Below are positions 47,490-61,179 of a stretch of 64,000 nt of DNA, piece after piece (the first letter of the stretch is position 1; every line of letters begins with the position of its first letter). The notes beneath the pieces were generated by a model that was given only the letters and a program-made list of their open reading frames with translations, had not been told where the DNA came from and did no database searches. The DNA comes from Macrostomum hystrix. Its lineage: Eukaryota; Animalia; Platyhelminthes. A program made the translations under genes and the position numbers. The DNA lies in NCBI GenBank assembly GCA_950097015.1, contig CATNEN010000003.1, positions 6,386,001-6,450,000 of the forward strand, written 5' to 3'.

Positions 47490-48290
47490 AAATGGCGCCA
47501 GTCTAGTGCCACTTTGGAGTCTTTGCTCAAGAAATGGCGTTTTCTATAGTGCCACTTTAGAGTCTTCACCTAAAAATGGCTTTTTCTTTAGTGCCACTTT
47601 GAAGTCGTGGCTCAAAAATGGCTTCTTTTATAGTGCCACTTTGGAGTCTTGGCTCAAAAATGGCTTCTTTTATAGTGCCACTTTGAAGTCGTGGCTCAAA
47701 AATGGCTTCTTTTATAGTGCCACTTTGAAGTCGTGGCTCAAAAATGGCTTCTTGTATAGTGCCACTTTGGAGTCTTGATTTAAAAACGGCGTTTTCTAAG
47801 TGCCACTTTAGTCTTTGCCTAAAAATTGCTTCTTTAATAGTGCCACTTTGAAGTATTGGCTCGAAAATGGCTTCATTTAAAGTGCCACTTTGAAGTCTTG
47901 GCTCAAAAAAGGCTTCTTCTATAGTGCCACTTTCGAGTCTTGGCTTTAAAACGGCGTTTTCTAAAGTGCCACTTTAGATTCTTTGCCTAAAAATGGCTTC
48001 TTTAATAGTGCCACTTTGAAGTCTTGGCTCAAAAATGGCTTCATTTAAAGTGCCACTTTGGAGTCTTGGCTCAAAAATGGCTTCTTTTATAGTGCCACTT
48101 TGAAGTCGTGGCTCAAAAATGGCTTCTTGTATAGTGCCACTTGGGAGTCTTGGCTTTAAAACGGCGTTTTCTAAAGTGCCACTTTAGAGTCTTTGCCTAA
48201 AAATGGCTTCTTTAATAGTGCCACTTTGAAGTATTGGCTCAAAAATGGCTTCATTTAAAGTGCCACTTTTAAGTTTTGGCTCAAAAACGT
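47490..48290. repeat. 42-bp minisatellite (tagtgccactttgaagtcgtggctcaaaaatggcttctttta)
   Basis: About 19 tandem units downstream of the GADD45 stop. Confidence 0.92.
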
Positions 48291-49300
48291 CATCTGTAGT
48301 GTCTAAAGTTCAAAATGGCGTCTTCTTCATGCGACTTTGAAGGCATCCGCAAAAAATTGCAACTCGAAATAACTAAAGGCCTTATTTGTTACTGCTTTGA
48401 AATTATGTGCTAAACTTTGCCCGCCAGGCTATTGATTTGTGCACCAGTTTGGTCGGTTAATTTGATATCCTGAAACTCAGTCCATTGTGTCAGTTTTCAA
48501 ACAGGCTCAGACAATAATTTATTTGAAAATTCCACTTCCAAAGAAATTTGGTATTTTAATTCTATGCATATAGTTTATAGGTTGAGATTATTTTGATCTG
48601 TTAAGATTTCATTTTAACTGTACATAAATATTTGTCTTTTCGAACGTACTTTTTAAATAAATTAACTATAATTCTGTCCACTAAGTTTACGAATTCAATG
48701 TAGCTCGTAATTATATGTACTCATATAGATTGATAACTTTGAATAACATTAAAGCTACACGCAGAAATATTTCAATAAATTTTAATTGAATATCTACAAT
48801 TGAAACACATTTAATTGTGCCTTTTTTAGTTCTCGTTCTTTATAATTATTTTACCGATATTTCTACTGATCAGTAGACTAATGCGTCTCTGACGGCCTAT
48901 ATTTAATTAGAAAATAAAAAATGCCATTTCTTCAAGCGTGATAATCTAAAATGACGTTACTAAAAATGGCAACAATATATCAAATAGGAGGATGCCAATC
49001 AGCATCAAAGCATGTTGGCAATGTCCTTTGTGTGTGTGTGTGTGTGTATGTATGCACAAGCTACAAGTATTCGTGCGTGAGGTGTCCAATGGCGCAAAAA
49101 AATCTCTATGCGAAAGAAGCACTTTCGATGCTTCCAAAACAAACGACTGTTTGGCCAAGCGTGCCATTCAGATTGCTGCTGCTGCTGCTGCTGCTGCTCA
49201 GTTCTGCGAATGACGGTATTGTCGTGTCTTGTTCGCCTCTCAAGCGCTGCCTCAAACAAAGGTGACATTGACTGTACAGTGCCATTTTGCCTTTACATAG

Positions 49301-49352
49301 GAGATTGTAGCCTAGTGGTTACTGATAGGTCGTGGGTTCGCATCTCTACCCA
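49301..49352 (+). mobile_element. Truncated tRNA-derived SINE head
   Basis: gattgtagcctagtggtta...aggtcgtgggttcg matches the head at 5143. Confidence 0.45.
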
Positions 49353-49425
49353 AGGAGGACAATGAGTGCGTGACCAAGACATTTAATTCTTCATGAGAAC
49401 TTTTCATCTTAATTTGATTAGTCAG

Positions 49426-51580
49426 TTAGCTTGCCTAACAGAATAGCGACCTGTCTAACATCTCATTAGCTTGCCTAACAGAATAGCGACCTGTCTAACA
49501 TCTCATTAGCTTGCCTAACAGAATAGCGACCTGTCTAACATGTCATTAGCTTGCCTAATAGAAGAGCGACATGTCTAACATGTCATTAGCTTGCCTAACA
49601 GAATAGCGACCTGTCCAACATGTCATTAGCTTGCTTAATAGAAGAGCGACCTGTCTAACATGTCTATTAACTTGTCTAACTGTCTAGCGACCTGTCTAAC
49701 ATGTCTATTAGCTTGCCTAACAGAATAGCGACCTGTCTAACATCTCATTAGCTTGCCTAACAGAATAGCGACCTGTCTAACATATCATTAGCTTGCCTAA
49801 CAGACTAGCGACCTGTCCAACATGTCATTAGCTTGCCTAACAGACTAGCGTCCTGTCTAACATGTCATTAGCTTGCCTAATAGAAGAGCGACCTGTCTAA
49901 CATGTCATTAGCTTGCCTAACAGAATAGCGACCTGTCCAACATGTCATTAGCTTGCTTAATAGAAGAGCGACCTGTCTAACATGTCTATTAACTTGTCTA
50001 ACTGTCTAGTGACCTGTCTAACATGTCATTAGCTTGTCTAACTGTCTAGCGACCTGTCTAACATGTCTATTAGCTTGCCTAACAGAATAGCGACCTGTCT
50101 AACATCTCATTAGCTTGCTTAATAGAAGAGCGACCTGTCTAACATGTCTATTAACTTGTCTAACTGTCTAGTGACCTGTCTAACATGTCTATTAGCTTGC
50201 CTAACAGAATAGCGACCTGTCCAACATGTCATTAGCTTGCCTAATAGAAGAGCGACCTGTCTAACATGTCTATTAACTTGTCTAACTGTCTAGTGACCTG
50301 TCTAACATGTCTATTAGCTTGTCTAACTGTCTAGCGACCTGTCTAACATGTCTATTAGCTTGCCTAACAGAATAGCGACCTGTCTAACATGTCATTAGCT
50401 TGCCTAACAGAATAGCGACCTGTCCAACATGTCTATTAACTTGTCTAACTGTCTAGCGACCTGTCTAACATGTCTATTAGCTTGCCTAACAGAATAGCGA
50501 CCTGTCTAACATGTCATTAGCTTGCCTAACAGAATAGCGACCTGTCTAACATGTCATTAGCTTGCCTAACAGAATAGTGTCCTGTCTAACATGTCATTAG
50601 CTTGCCTAACAGAATAGCGACCTGTCCAACATGTCTATTAACTTGTCTAACTGTCTAGCGACCTGTCTAACATGTCATTAGCTTGTCTAACTGTCTATCG
50701 ACCTGTCTAACATGTCTATTAGCTTGCCTAACAGAATAGCGACCTGTCTAACATCTCATTAGCTTGCCTAACAGAATAGCGACCTGTCCAACATGTCTAT
50801 TAGCTTGTCTAACTGTCTAGCGACCCGTCTAACATGTCATTAGCTTGTCTAACTGTCTAACGACCTATCTAACATGTTTATTTGCTTGTCTAACTGTCTA
50901 TCGACCTGTCTAACATGTTTATTTGCTTGTCTAACTGTCTAGCGACCTGTCTAACATATCGTTAGCTTGTCTAACTGTCTAGCGACCCGTCTAACATGTC
51001 ATTAGCTTGTCTTTCTAGCGACCCGTCTAACATGTCATTAGCTTGTCTGTCTAGCGACCTGTCTAACATGTCATTAGCTTATCTAACTGTCTAACGACCT
51101 GTCTAACATGTCTTCAGCTTTTCTAACTGTCTAGCGACCTGTCTAACATGTCATTAGCTTGTCTAACTGTCTAGCGACCTGTCTAACATATCGTTAGCTT
51201 GTCTAACTGTCTAACGACCTATCTAACATGTTTATTTGCTTGTCTAACTGTCTATCGACCTGTCTAACATGTTTATTTGCTTGTCTAACTGTCTAGCGAC
51301 CTGTCTAACATATCGTTAGCTTGTCTAACTGTCTAGCGACCCGTCTAACATGTCATTAGCTTGTCTGTCTAGCGACCCGTCTAACATGTCATTAGCTTGT
51401 CTGTCTAGCGACCTGTCTAACATGTCATTAGCTTATCTAACTGTCTAACGACCTGTCTAACATGTCTTCAGCTTTTCTAACTGTCTAGCGACCTGTCTAA
51501 CATGTCATTAGCTTGTCTAACTGTCTAGCGACCTGTCTAACATATCGTTAGCTTGTCTAACTGGTTTATTAGCTTATCTA
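49426..51580. repeat. 40-41-bp minisatellite (attagcttgcctaacagaatagcgacctgtctaacatgtc)
   Basis: About 53 units with a variant gradient along the array. Confidence 0.95.
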
Positions 51581-52159
51581 ACAGTCTATTGATTGATCTA
51601 CCACATTGACTATTTATCGAACTAATCGGAAGCCACTCCACTCCACTCTGACATGTCAGTCAAAGTTGTTACTAACTAGTTAGCATTGGCTTGTCTAACG
51701 GGCGAGCAAAATGAAAATTTTCGCAAAGACATTTATCGTGACTGCTTTAGATTGTCAGCATTTAATATCGGCTTAAAGATTTGTTTGGTTGTTGACTGAA
51801 ATGAGATTTTTTCAATATCCCGATTTGTTTCCGTTTAAGCTAAAAAAGAATTAATCCTCGGCACCCACCAACCACCCCAGGACAATGAGGATGGCTCAGT
51901 TTCGTCCATTTACCCAGTTCCCAGCACCCGTTCCAAGCCAAGACTGCCAAGTCACGCTAGCCCCAATGCCCGCACAGATTTGACAATTTTATTGAGGAAT
52001 TATATCCTAGTTTACCTGGGCGCTTATCTCTTGGCTCACGCTAAGAGGTCTCCTAGGAGACGAGTGGGAGAAGCACAAACAGCTGCCTTGACATCTGCCT
52101 TTGGCGTCATCTCCCGTTGACATCTGGTGAGATTCCCAGTCTGGTTGTTAGTGATTTAG

Positions 52160-52795
52160 GATAATCTGGGATATCATAATCTGATGATCTGGGATATCAT
52201 AATCTGTGGATCTGGGATATCATAATCTGTGGATCTAGGATATCATAATCTGAGGATCTGGGATATCATAATCTGAGGATCAGGGATTTCATAATCTGAG
52301 GATCTGGGATATCATAATCTGAGGATCAGGGATTTCATAATCTGAGGATCTGGGATATCATAATCTGAGGATCTGGGATATCATAATCTGAGGATCTGGG
52401 ATTTCATAATCTGAGGATCTGGGATATCATAATCTGAGGATCTGGGATATCATAATCTGTGGATCAGGGATTTCATAATCTGTGGATCTGGGATTTCATA
52501 ATCTGATGATTTGAAATATCATAACCTGAGGATCTGGGATATCATAACCTGAGGATCTGGGATATCATAATCTGTGGATCAGGGATTTCATAATCTGTGG
52601 ATCTGGGATTTCATAATCTGAGGATCTGGGATATCATAATCTGAGGATCTGGGATATCATAATCTGAGGATCTGGGATTTCATAATCTGAGGATCTTGGA
52701 TTTCATAATCTGAGGATCTGGGATATCATAATCTGAGGATCTCGGATATCATAATCTAAGGATCTGGGATATCATAATCTGAGGATCTGGGATCA
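52160..52795. repeat. 23-bp minisatellite (gggatatcataatctgaggatct)
   Basis: About 27 tandem units. Confidence 0.95.
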
Positions 52796-53719
52796 CTCGT
52801 TTTCAGGATCTGCGATTTCGTATCCTGATGATGTTGGATATACCATTTTGAGGATCTGAACCTTTGTAATCTGAGGATCTGGGATAAAAGTTTTTTGGAT
52901 GTGAAATTGCACAGCCTGAGGCATATCCCGATTTGATCAGTTAAAAAATCGGAAATGTCCACGTTATATGCATTTTAACTTTTGTCCATTAGTATGGCAC
53001 TTAACTCTGGTGTCCCCCCAGTCCATGGACTGAACATCTGGTTTAACTAGTTTTCTTTTTTTACTCGATAAATAACAAATCCCTGATGATTTTAACAAAA
53101 TAATCTTTTCTTCTTAAGATTTGAGGATTCTAGTTATTTCCCTGGCTTAAGCCTGTTGCTGAAATTGATTTTCACTTCAATAACAACTGTCGATAAATAA
53201 GATAAGATTTTTCTTTTTAGTTCGAAAAACTACAAATCCTTTTCCATGCTTCAATCCCAACTGTTAATAAATAAAAGGAACACAGTTTAAATCAATAAAA
53301 GTTATCTCGATCATTTATTTATGCAACGAACAAAACATACAGTTTTTCTTTGAAAACGGTGTACATCATTTTTTATTTTATGCTCGGGTTTGATTAAACT
53401 AAAATTAATGATCGCAATTTACAACAGTAAAAGCAGCAAAAGTGTACTGTTATTTTTTTAATGATATCGATACTTTGTCATACAATGTACCTCGATTTCT
53501 GTTTCTGTATATTAAAAAAAATAGACCGTCTGGATACTGCATTAACACGAAATTCGAAATATCCGGTATTGACTTGTGTGGGAAAATCGACAATTAATTA
53601 TAATACTTTTAATTCAATTCAACTGTAGAGAACGGGTTCATTGATTTGATTAATTTGTAAAATCACGAAATTTCTAATTTTGTCACGGGAATCTCAATGG
53701 TTTTACACAAAACCCTGTG

Positions 53720-53985
53720 ATTGCAAGGAAATCCTCAAGGTTTTTGGGAAATCCCGGCTATATCAGGGAAATCCCGACGATTTCAGGGAAACCCCAACAA
53801 ATTCAGGAAAATCCAAATGATATCATGGAAATCCCTTGGATTTTAGAGAAATCCGAATGATTTAGGGAAATCGAAACTATTTTAGGGAAATCCCAACTAT
53901 TTCAGGTAAATCTCAACGATTTCAGGGAAATCCCGACGATTTCAGGGAAATCCCGACGATTTTAGGGAAATCCCAATGATATCAG
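53720..53985. repeat. Degenerate ~20-bp repeat (gatttcagggaaatcccgac)
   Basis: Recurrent gggaaatccc units. Confidence 0.75.
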
Positions 53986-54564
53986 CATTGTTTGTAAGGA
54001 AATTCCGTACGATTTCAAGGAAATCCCATCAAACTAAGCTTCATGTTTTGAAACGTACGTAATAAACTACATAAGCAACATAGCATTGCACTTGATTCTA
54101 TCATAAACGAGACTCAGTAGTACGGAAAATTACGGCAATTTAATAAAATGGGTTACAGGTTTACAGCAGGACAGTGCAAACTATTATTCTGTACAGGAAA
54201 AAATTCTTAGGCGCAGATACAGTGAATGCTGGATTTCGTTTTTTCGAATCGGCTTTCGAAATGATTTCGCGATATTTTGTTACAAAAAAATGTTCAAAAA
54301 AGTAATTGATCAACAACTAAGATACTTCAATGAAAGCATTGAAACTTTTTTTACGATTTATCAAGGTTTTAGTTTGGAAAAGTGCAGTTCAAATTCACCA
54401 GGAACAAGCGTTTTTATGTAGTAAATCCTTACTCCTTTAAAACATGCTCAGAAGGATTTCATGCGCTATTAAAATACTTTAAAATGCACTCAGTGCCTTT
54501 TACTCGATACTGGATTCGATGCTTTTTATTGCTGCTGTATTTTGTCTTTTTCCTAGATTGTTTT

Positions 54565-55200
54565 TATAGAGGATTTCTCTTGAATACAGCATTTATCTTG
54601 GACATAGGATTTCCCTCGGACACGAGATTGTCCTTAGAAACAGGATTTCCCTTGGAAACAGGATTTCCTTTGGACAGATAATTTCCCTTAGATTTCCTTT
54701 GAATACAGGATCTCCCTTGAACAGAGGATTTCCCTTGGATACAGGATCTCTCTTGGACAGAGGATTTCCCTTGGATACAGGATCGCCCCTGGATTGGGGA
54801 TTTCCCTTGGATTTCCCTTAGATACAGGATTCCCTTGGACAAATAATTTCCCTTAGGTTTGAATACAGGATCTCCTTTGGACAGAGGATTTCCCTTGGAT
54901 TTCCCTTGGATACAGAACTTCCCTTGAATACAGGATTTCCCTTGGACAGAGGATGTCCCTTGGATTTCCCTTAGATACCGGATTTTCATTCGGAACAGGA
55001 CTTGTTTTTAATACATGATTTCTGTTGAATACAGGATCTTCCTTGGACAGAGGATTTCCCTTGGATACAGAACTTCCCTTGAATACAGGATTTCCCTTGG
55101 ACAGAGGATGTCCCTTGGATTTCCCTTAGATACCGGATTTTCATTCGGAACAGGACTTGTTTTTAATACATGATTGAATACAGGATCTTCCTTGGATGTA
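54565..55200. repeat. Degenerate ~18-bp repeat (caggatttcccttggata)
   Basis: Recurrent ggatttcccttgga units, with an internal ~140-bp duplication. Confidence 0.8.
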
Positions 55201-56183
55201 GGATTCACTTGGAAAGAGGATATTTGGTGTCGAGTTAAACTCAGGTGCTGCACATATCACTTTTAGATGTTCTCGAAATGCTGCTCTCTTGTTTAAAACT
55301 TTATAAACATGAAAAGGCAATAGAATGTAGCCAAATTATTTTAATCGGAGCTGGATAATGGATTAGGCAATTCCCCAAGGACCGAAGCAAGCCTGCTCAA
55401 CCATAATCCGCTAAGCGATTTTTAAAAAATTATGCTTATTCGGAGAGAACACAGCATTGCAAGGTAACATTCAAATGATCAGAAACTCTGGCTTAACTAA
55501 GGATTTTTTTAATCAGGGCAAAATTTCGAACTTATTGATTTGTTCCTAGAAAAAGCGACACGTATTCTGAGAGGGTAAGGACACTAATAAATTGCAAAAA
55601 TCTAAAATATGCCGAATAATGAATGCGGTGTGAATTGAACAAAAAGCATGTCAAAATTGCTGGAGTTTTTGTACACAGACAGGAGACAGGAGTCAAAAAG
55701 TGGAGAAAAGTTTATCTGTAAAAATTATGTTGATTAATAGTTTTGCAATAAAAAATATCCTGTCTTATCATCTCGCTTATACCCAAATTAAATTTTATCT
55801 CTTAGTAAGCTAGCGCGCACGCTCTCTAAACGTGATGAAAATTGTCCTTGAAATTTGATTGGTCGAGAAAATATAAATCAAATATGGATGGATGAGTTGA
55901 TGCTATTTTTGAACATCTGGGAAACTCCCGGCACGTGACCAGTTTTAGCTAATGAAATACGCATACAAACGCGGATGAAGAATATTGTGAAACTCAAAGC
56001 TGGCGACAACATGAAACATTTTCATCACAAAGCAAAGCAAGCATATCGATCAAAAAAATCTCTAAGTGCATGATCTAGTCTTCTTTAGTTTAAGAAACAA
56101 TCGGAGAAAGCTTTTCCGCTTGCTCACAAGCCTCCTGCTAAGAAGATGCATAAGCCGCTAATTGTCAAGCCTCTAGTCTGGAG

Positions 56184-59100
56184 TCACTGGTGCTTCTTCA
56201 TGTGCAGCGACAAATGGTCTGATCTGCTGAATGCTCGCTTGCAGATGTCGCACTGGAAGGGCCTGTCCCCTGTGTGCTTCCGAAAATGGCGCGTCAACTC
56301 GTCCGACCTGGCGAATCGCCAGCCGCAGCTGTGCCAGCCGCAAATATACGGCTTCTCGCCTGTGTGGGTGCGCATGTGCGCCTTCAGGTGCGAGCTCTTG
56401 CTGTAGGCCTTGCTGCAGCCCTGCTCGGGGCAGGCGTGTACACCTGAACGCTTCGTTGGCGATACGCCGTCTTTGCTGCTGTGCCTGAGTGGTTGATAGT
56501 AGAAAATTAACTCTGTGCTTTACAAATGATTACTCTTATTTGAATACTGGTTCCGATTCCCGTCATTAATCGCCTGGGATTTGCCATTATTTGCTTGCTG
56601 GGATTTCCGATTAGTTAGTTGCTGAAATTTCCTAGTAGATACTTGCTGGGATTTCCCATAAGTTACTTGCAGGGGTTTCCCATTAGTTACTGGCTGGAAT
56701 TTCCCCTTATTTACTTGTTGGGATTTCCCAGTAGTTACTTGCTGGGATTTCCGGTAAGTTACTTGCTGGGATTTCCCTTCAGTTTTTTTGTTGTGATTTT
56801 CCAATATTTACTTGCTGGGATTTCCCATTATTTAGTTGCTGCGATTTCCCAGTAGTCGGTTATTAAGGATTTCCTTAGACTGACTGGGAGTTCCCATGGA
56901 TACTGACTAGGATTTTCCATGGATACTGACTGGGATTTCCCCTAGATACTGACTGGGAGTTCCCCTGGATACTGACTGGGAATTCCCATGCATACTAATT
57001 TGGAGTTCCCATTGTTCCGCAAAATTTCTTACATTCGACCCTGAAGACTTCGACGATGCTTTGATCGCGACAGACCGGATGCGGCTGATTTAACAGTTCG
57101 ACCAGCAGCCATTGTAACCGAGCTATTAACTGGCGCTGCGTAGCCGCCAACAGCCGGGCGGGGCTCCGGTGAGTTCAGATACTCTAGAAGGCTGGCGTCC
57201 TCTAAACTGTTTGGTGTCGCAGACTTGCACGATGGTATTGGCGTCATCTCCTGCGTTTGGCAACAGCCAAACCCCTGATGCTGCTGATGCTGAAACTGCT
57301 GCTGCTGTTGCTTGCAAGGTGTTATTGGTGGACTTAAAATGCCAATTTCATGATTAAATAGTGTGCTAACACTCGGCAAAGGTTCCGCCTTGACTGGCTG
57401 ATTGTGCTGATGCTGCTGCTGCTGCTGCTGCTGATGCTGCTGCTCTGGCGCACTGCTATACACAATAGGAACATGATGATTCATGCAACCGCCAGCCAGA
57501 ATTATCTCTGGACTAGACAGGCCATGATGTTCAAGCTCCTGCTGATGCTGATGCTGCTGCTGATGCTGCTGCTGGTCATGCTGAATATTGATATCAGAAT
57601 GTTCAATAATGAAGTCCAAATCTAGTAGGCCTTCGTCGTGACAGCAGATACTTCCACTAGTTAACATCATCGGCTGATGCTGTTGATGAGTCTGGGCTTG
57701 CTGCTGCTGCTGCTGCTGCTGACAGCAGAGACTGGTGGACTCATAGTATAGCTGGCTGGCCAAGTCGCTAATTGGGTCGCGGCAGTTGAGCTGGTCATGG
57801 TAAGACTGCTGATGAAGCATGTCTAGGCCTTCGCGCACAGCAGCCGACGTGCTGGACATCTGACGATGCGACCGGCCTACGGCTGGCGAATCAGGCGAAC
57901 AGGTCGATGTACTGCCGGAGTGCGCCGACAGGGGCGACAATTGCGGAGTGGGCAGCTGGAAGGTTTTTGAGAAATGCAAAAGAACAGTAAAGAAAATTAA
58001 ATTTTCTGTTTCTCCTCATTTCGAATCATTTGGTACATTTGTACACGCACACAGATACTGTACGCAGGGACATGCTCACACAGGTGTGTACATCTGCCCT
58101 GACTTTCTCATCGTCAAGCAGTGTACACTCTCACTGTGCCTTGGAGGTTGGCCCTCAAGAGCGTAAATTGCACGAAAAGCCCCCAAGCCTTCTCTCCACG
58201 GCTGAGCCCCAAATGAATGTGGCCTCGCCGCGGAATCGAGCTCAGGGACCTTGGTGCGAGAGGCAAACGCGTTGGACCACTCTGCCATTAACTCCGTGTG
58301 ACCTCATTTGCTTTTGAAATGCAAAGATGGTGTCTGACACCCTGTTGAACGGTTGGAAGATGGTGTCTGACACCCTGTAGAATGGCTGGAAGATGGTGTC
58401 TGACACCCTGTAGAATGGCTGGGAGATGGTGTCTGACACCCTGTAGAATGGCTGGAAGATGGTGTCTGACACCCTGTAGAATGGCTGGAAGATGGTGTCT
58501 GACACCCTGTTGAATGGCTGGAAGATGGTGTCTGACACCCTGTAGAATGGCTGGAAGATGGTGTCTGACACCCTGTTGAATGGCTGGAAGATGGTGTCTG
58601 ACACCCTGTAGAATGGCTGGAAGATGGTGTCTGACACCCTGTAGAATGGCTGGAAGATGGTGTCTGACACCCTGTAGAATGGCTGGGAGATGGTGTCTGA
58701 CACCCTGTAGAATGGCTGGAAGATGGTGTCTGACACCCTGTAGAATGGCTGGAAGATGGTGTCTGACACCCTGTTGAATGGCTGGAAGATGGTGTCTGAC
58801 ACCCTGTAGAATGGCTGGGAGATGGTGTCTGACACCCTGTAGAATGGCTGGAAGATGGTGTCTGACACCCTGTAGAATGGCTGGAAGATGGTGTCTGACA
58901 CCCTGTTGAATGGCTGGAAGATGGTGTCTGACACCCTGTAGAATGGCTGGAAGATGGTGTCTGACACCCTGTTGAATGGCTGGAAGATGGTGTCTGACAC
59001 CCTGTTGAATGGCTGGAAGATGGTGTCTGACACCCTGTAGAATGGCTGGAAGATGGTGTCTGACACCCTGTTGAATGGCTGGACGATGGTGTCTGACACC

Positions 59101-61179
59101 CTGTTGAATGGCTGGAAGATGGTGTCTGACACCCTGTAGAATGGCTGGAAGATGGTGTCTGACACCCTGTTGAATGGCTGGAAGATGGTGTCTGACACCC
59201 TGTAGAATGGCTGGAAGATGGTGTCTGACACCCTGTTGAATGGCTGGAAGATGGTGTCTGACACCCTGTAGAATGGCTGGAAGATGGTGTCTGACACCCT
59301 GTTGAATGGCTGGAAGATGGTGTCTGACACCCTGTAGAATGGCTGGAAGATGGTGTCTGACACCCTGTTGAATGGCTGGAAGATGGTGTCTGACACCCTG
59401 TAGAATGGCTGGAAGATGGTGTCTGACACCCTGTTGAATGGCTGGACGATGGTGTCTGACACCCTGTTGAATGGCTGGAAGATGGTGTCTGACACCCTGT
59501 AGAATGGCTGGAAGATGGTGTCTGACACCCTGTTGAATGGCTGGAAGATGGTGTCTGACACCCTGTTGAATGGCTGGACGATGGTGTCTGACACCCTGTT
59601 GAATGGCTGGAAGATGGCGTCTGACACCCTGTTGAATGGCTGGAAGATGGTGTCTGACACCCTGTAGAATGGCTGGAAGATGGCGTCTGACACCCTGTTG
59701 AATGGCTGGAAGATGGTGTCTGACACCCTGTAGAATGGCTGGAAGATGGTGTCTGACACCCTGTAGAATGGCTGGAAGATGGTGTCTGACACCCTGTAGA
59801 ATGGCTGGAAGATGGCGTCTAACACCCTGTTGAATGGCTGGAAGATGGTGTCTGACACCCTGTAGAATGGCTGGAAGATGGTGTCTGACACCCTGTTGAA
59901 TGGCTGGACGATGGTGTCTGACACCCTGTTGAATGGCTGGAAGATGGTGTCTGACACCCTGTTGAATGGCTGGAAGATGGTGTCTGACACCCTGTAGAAT
60001 GGCTGGAAGATGGCGTCTGACACCCTGTAGAATGGCTGGAAGATGGTGTCTGACACCCTGTAGAATGGCTGGAAGATGGTGTCTGACACCCTGTAGAATG
60101 GCTGGAAGATGGTGTCTGACACCCTGTAGAATGGCTGGAAGATGGCGTCTAACACCCTGTTGAACGGTTGGAAGATGGTGTCTGACAAAGTCGTCAGCGA
60201 GGAATCGGAAATCCTGAAGACAAAAGTTTGCAAAATGCCTCAAATATTTCATTGCCTATTCTTTTTCATCGACTCAACTTTCAGCTGTGTGTTCACGACA
60301 GCAGAAGGATTCAATAAAAGAATCCGATCACAAGTCAGGCCTCCCAAAGGACTGCGTCATCTGCTTTTTATTCTCTAGCCGCGTCGGTGTGCCATTGCAC
60401 CTCCCCCAACGGACACCTTTGAGGATTTTTCTCGCCGTGTCTCCGGGGTGTCAGAAATCGATTGATTGTCATCGACTTAGCCCGAAAGATGCAGGTAGGA
60501 GAAAGCTTTGCTTTAGCCCGCCTTTGTATAAATCATGCAACACAATCCCTGCGCGGCTTGGAAACTGTGCGTGCATTGTTACTGCTAATATTATTATAGG
60601 TAGCCTTGTTAATTATGATTAGTTATTAGTAATTATTTAAGTAAGTTATTCGGAAATTGCTTCCGGCAGTAAAATATCAGCACTGGGAACATTCTAGATG
60701 CTATGCTATTAGACCCCTTAGTGATTTCCTCCCAACACATCGAATCGTCAGACAAGATCCCTAAATACCAAATCCCCATCCAAAATCCTTAAACACCAAA
60801 TCCCCATCCAAGATCCCTAAATACCAAATCCCCATCCAAGAACCCTAAATACCAAATCCCCATCCAAGATCCCTAAATACCAAATCCCCATCCAAGATCC
60901 CTAAATACCAAATCCCCATCCAAGATCCCAAATATCAAATCCTCATCTAAGATCCCAAGCCCCCCAATCGTCAACCTAGATCCCTAAAACCGTAATCCTC
61001 AAAGATCACAATCCATTATCCCGAATCCCCAGCGATCAGGATCCAGCAGTGCTCCAAGCGGATTCCACCAGCCGACTCACTGGAATCATTGCTGAATACT
61101 CCTCCGCGGAACTGCTTGACTGGGCGCAGAAGAAGTCGCTGTCGAAACCGCCGCAGCCGCCAGCGAAGAACGATGACAT
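56184..61179 (-). CDS. KLF: Kruppel-like factor, KLF2/KLF4-like; exons 61179-61081 (tentative), 57955-57033, 56484-56184
   Basis: Three C2H2 fingers: [79 protein letters not shown] motif and polyQ tracts. Splice phases 0 and 2 are compatible. Confidence 0.9.
56570..57012. repeat. Degenerate intronic repeat (ttacttgctgggatttccc / gatactgactggga)
   Basis: Recurrent units in KLF intron 2. Confidence 0.75.
58325..60187. repeat. 30-bp minisatellite (aagatggtgtctgacaccctgtagaatggc/tgg), ~62 units, in KLF intron 1
   Basis: Near-perfect tandem array. It explains the 650-aa periodic ORFs. Confidence 0.97.
60755..60960. repeat. 28-bp minisatellite (taaataccaaatccccatccaagatccc)
   Basis: About 7 tandem units. 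Confidence 0.88.

Noticed and set aside
48946-49365. Cluster of overlapping short ORFs with poly-L/Q/C/A
   Set aside because: Caused by (GT)n and (CTG)n microsatellites; no splice or domain support.
49426-51580. Regularly spaced 30-42-bp repeats that could look like CRISPR arrays (also 47490-48290 and 58325-60187)
   Set aside because: Head-to-tail units with no unique spacers, no cas genes and a eukaryotic context.
58242-60252. 663-aa and 654-aa ORFs with 10-aa periodicity
   Set aside because: Translations of a stop-free 30-bp minisatellite within the KLF intron; open in several frames with no unique domain.
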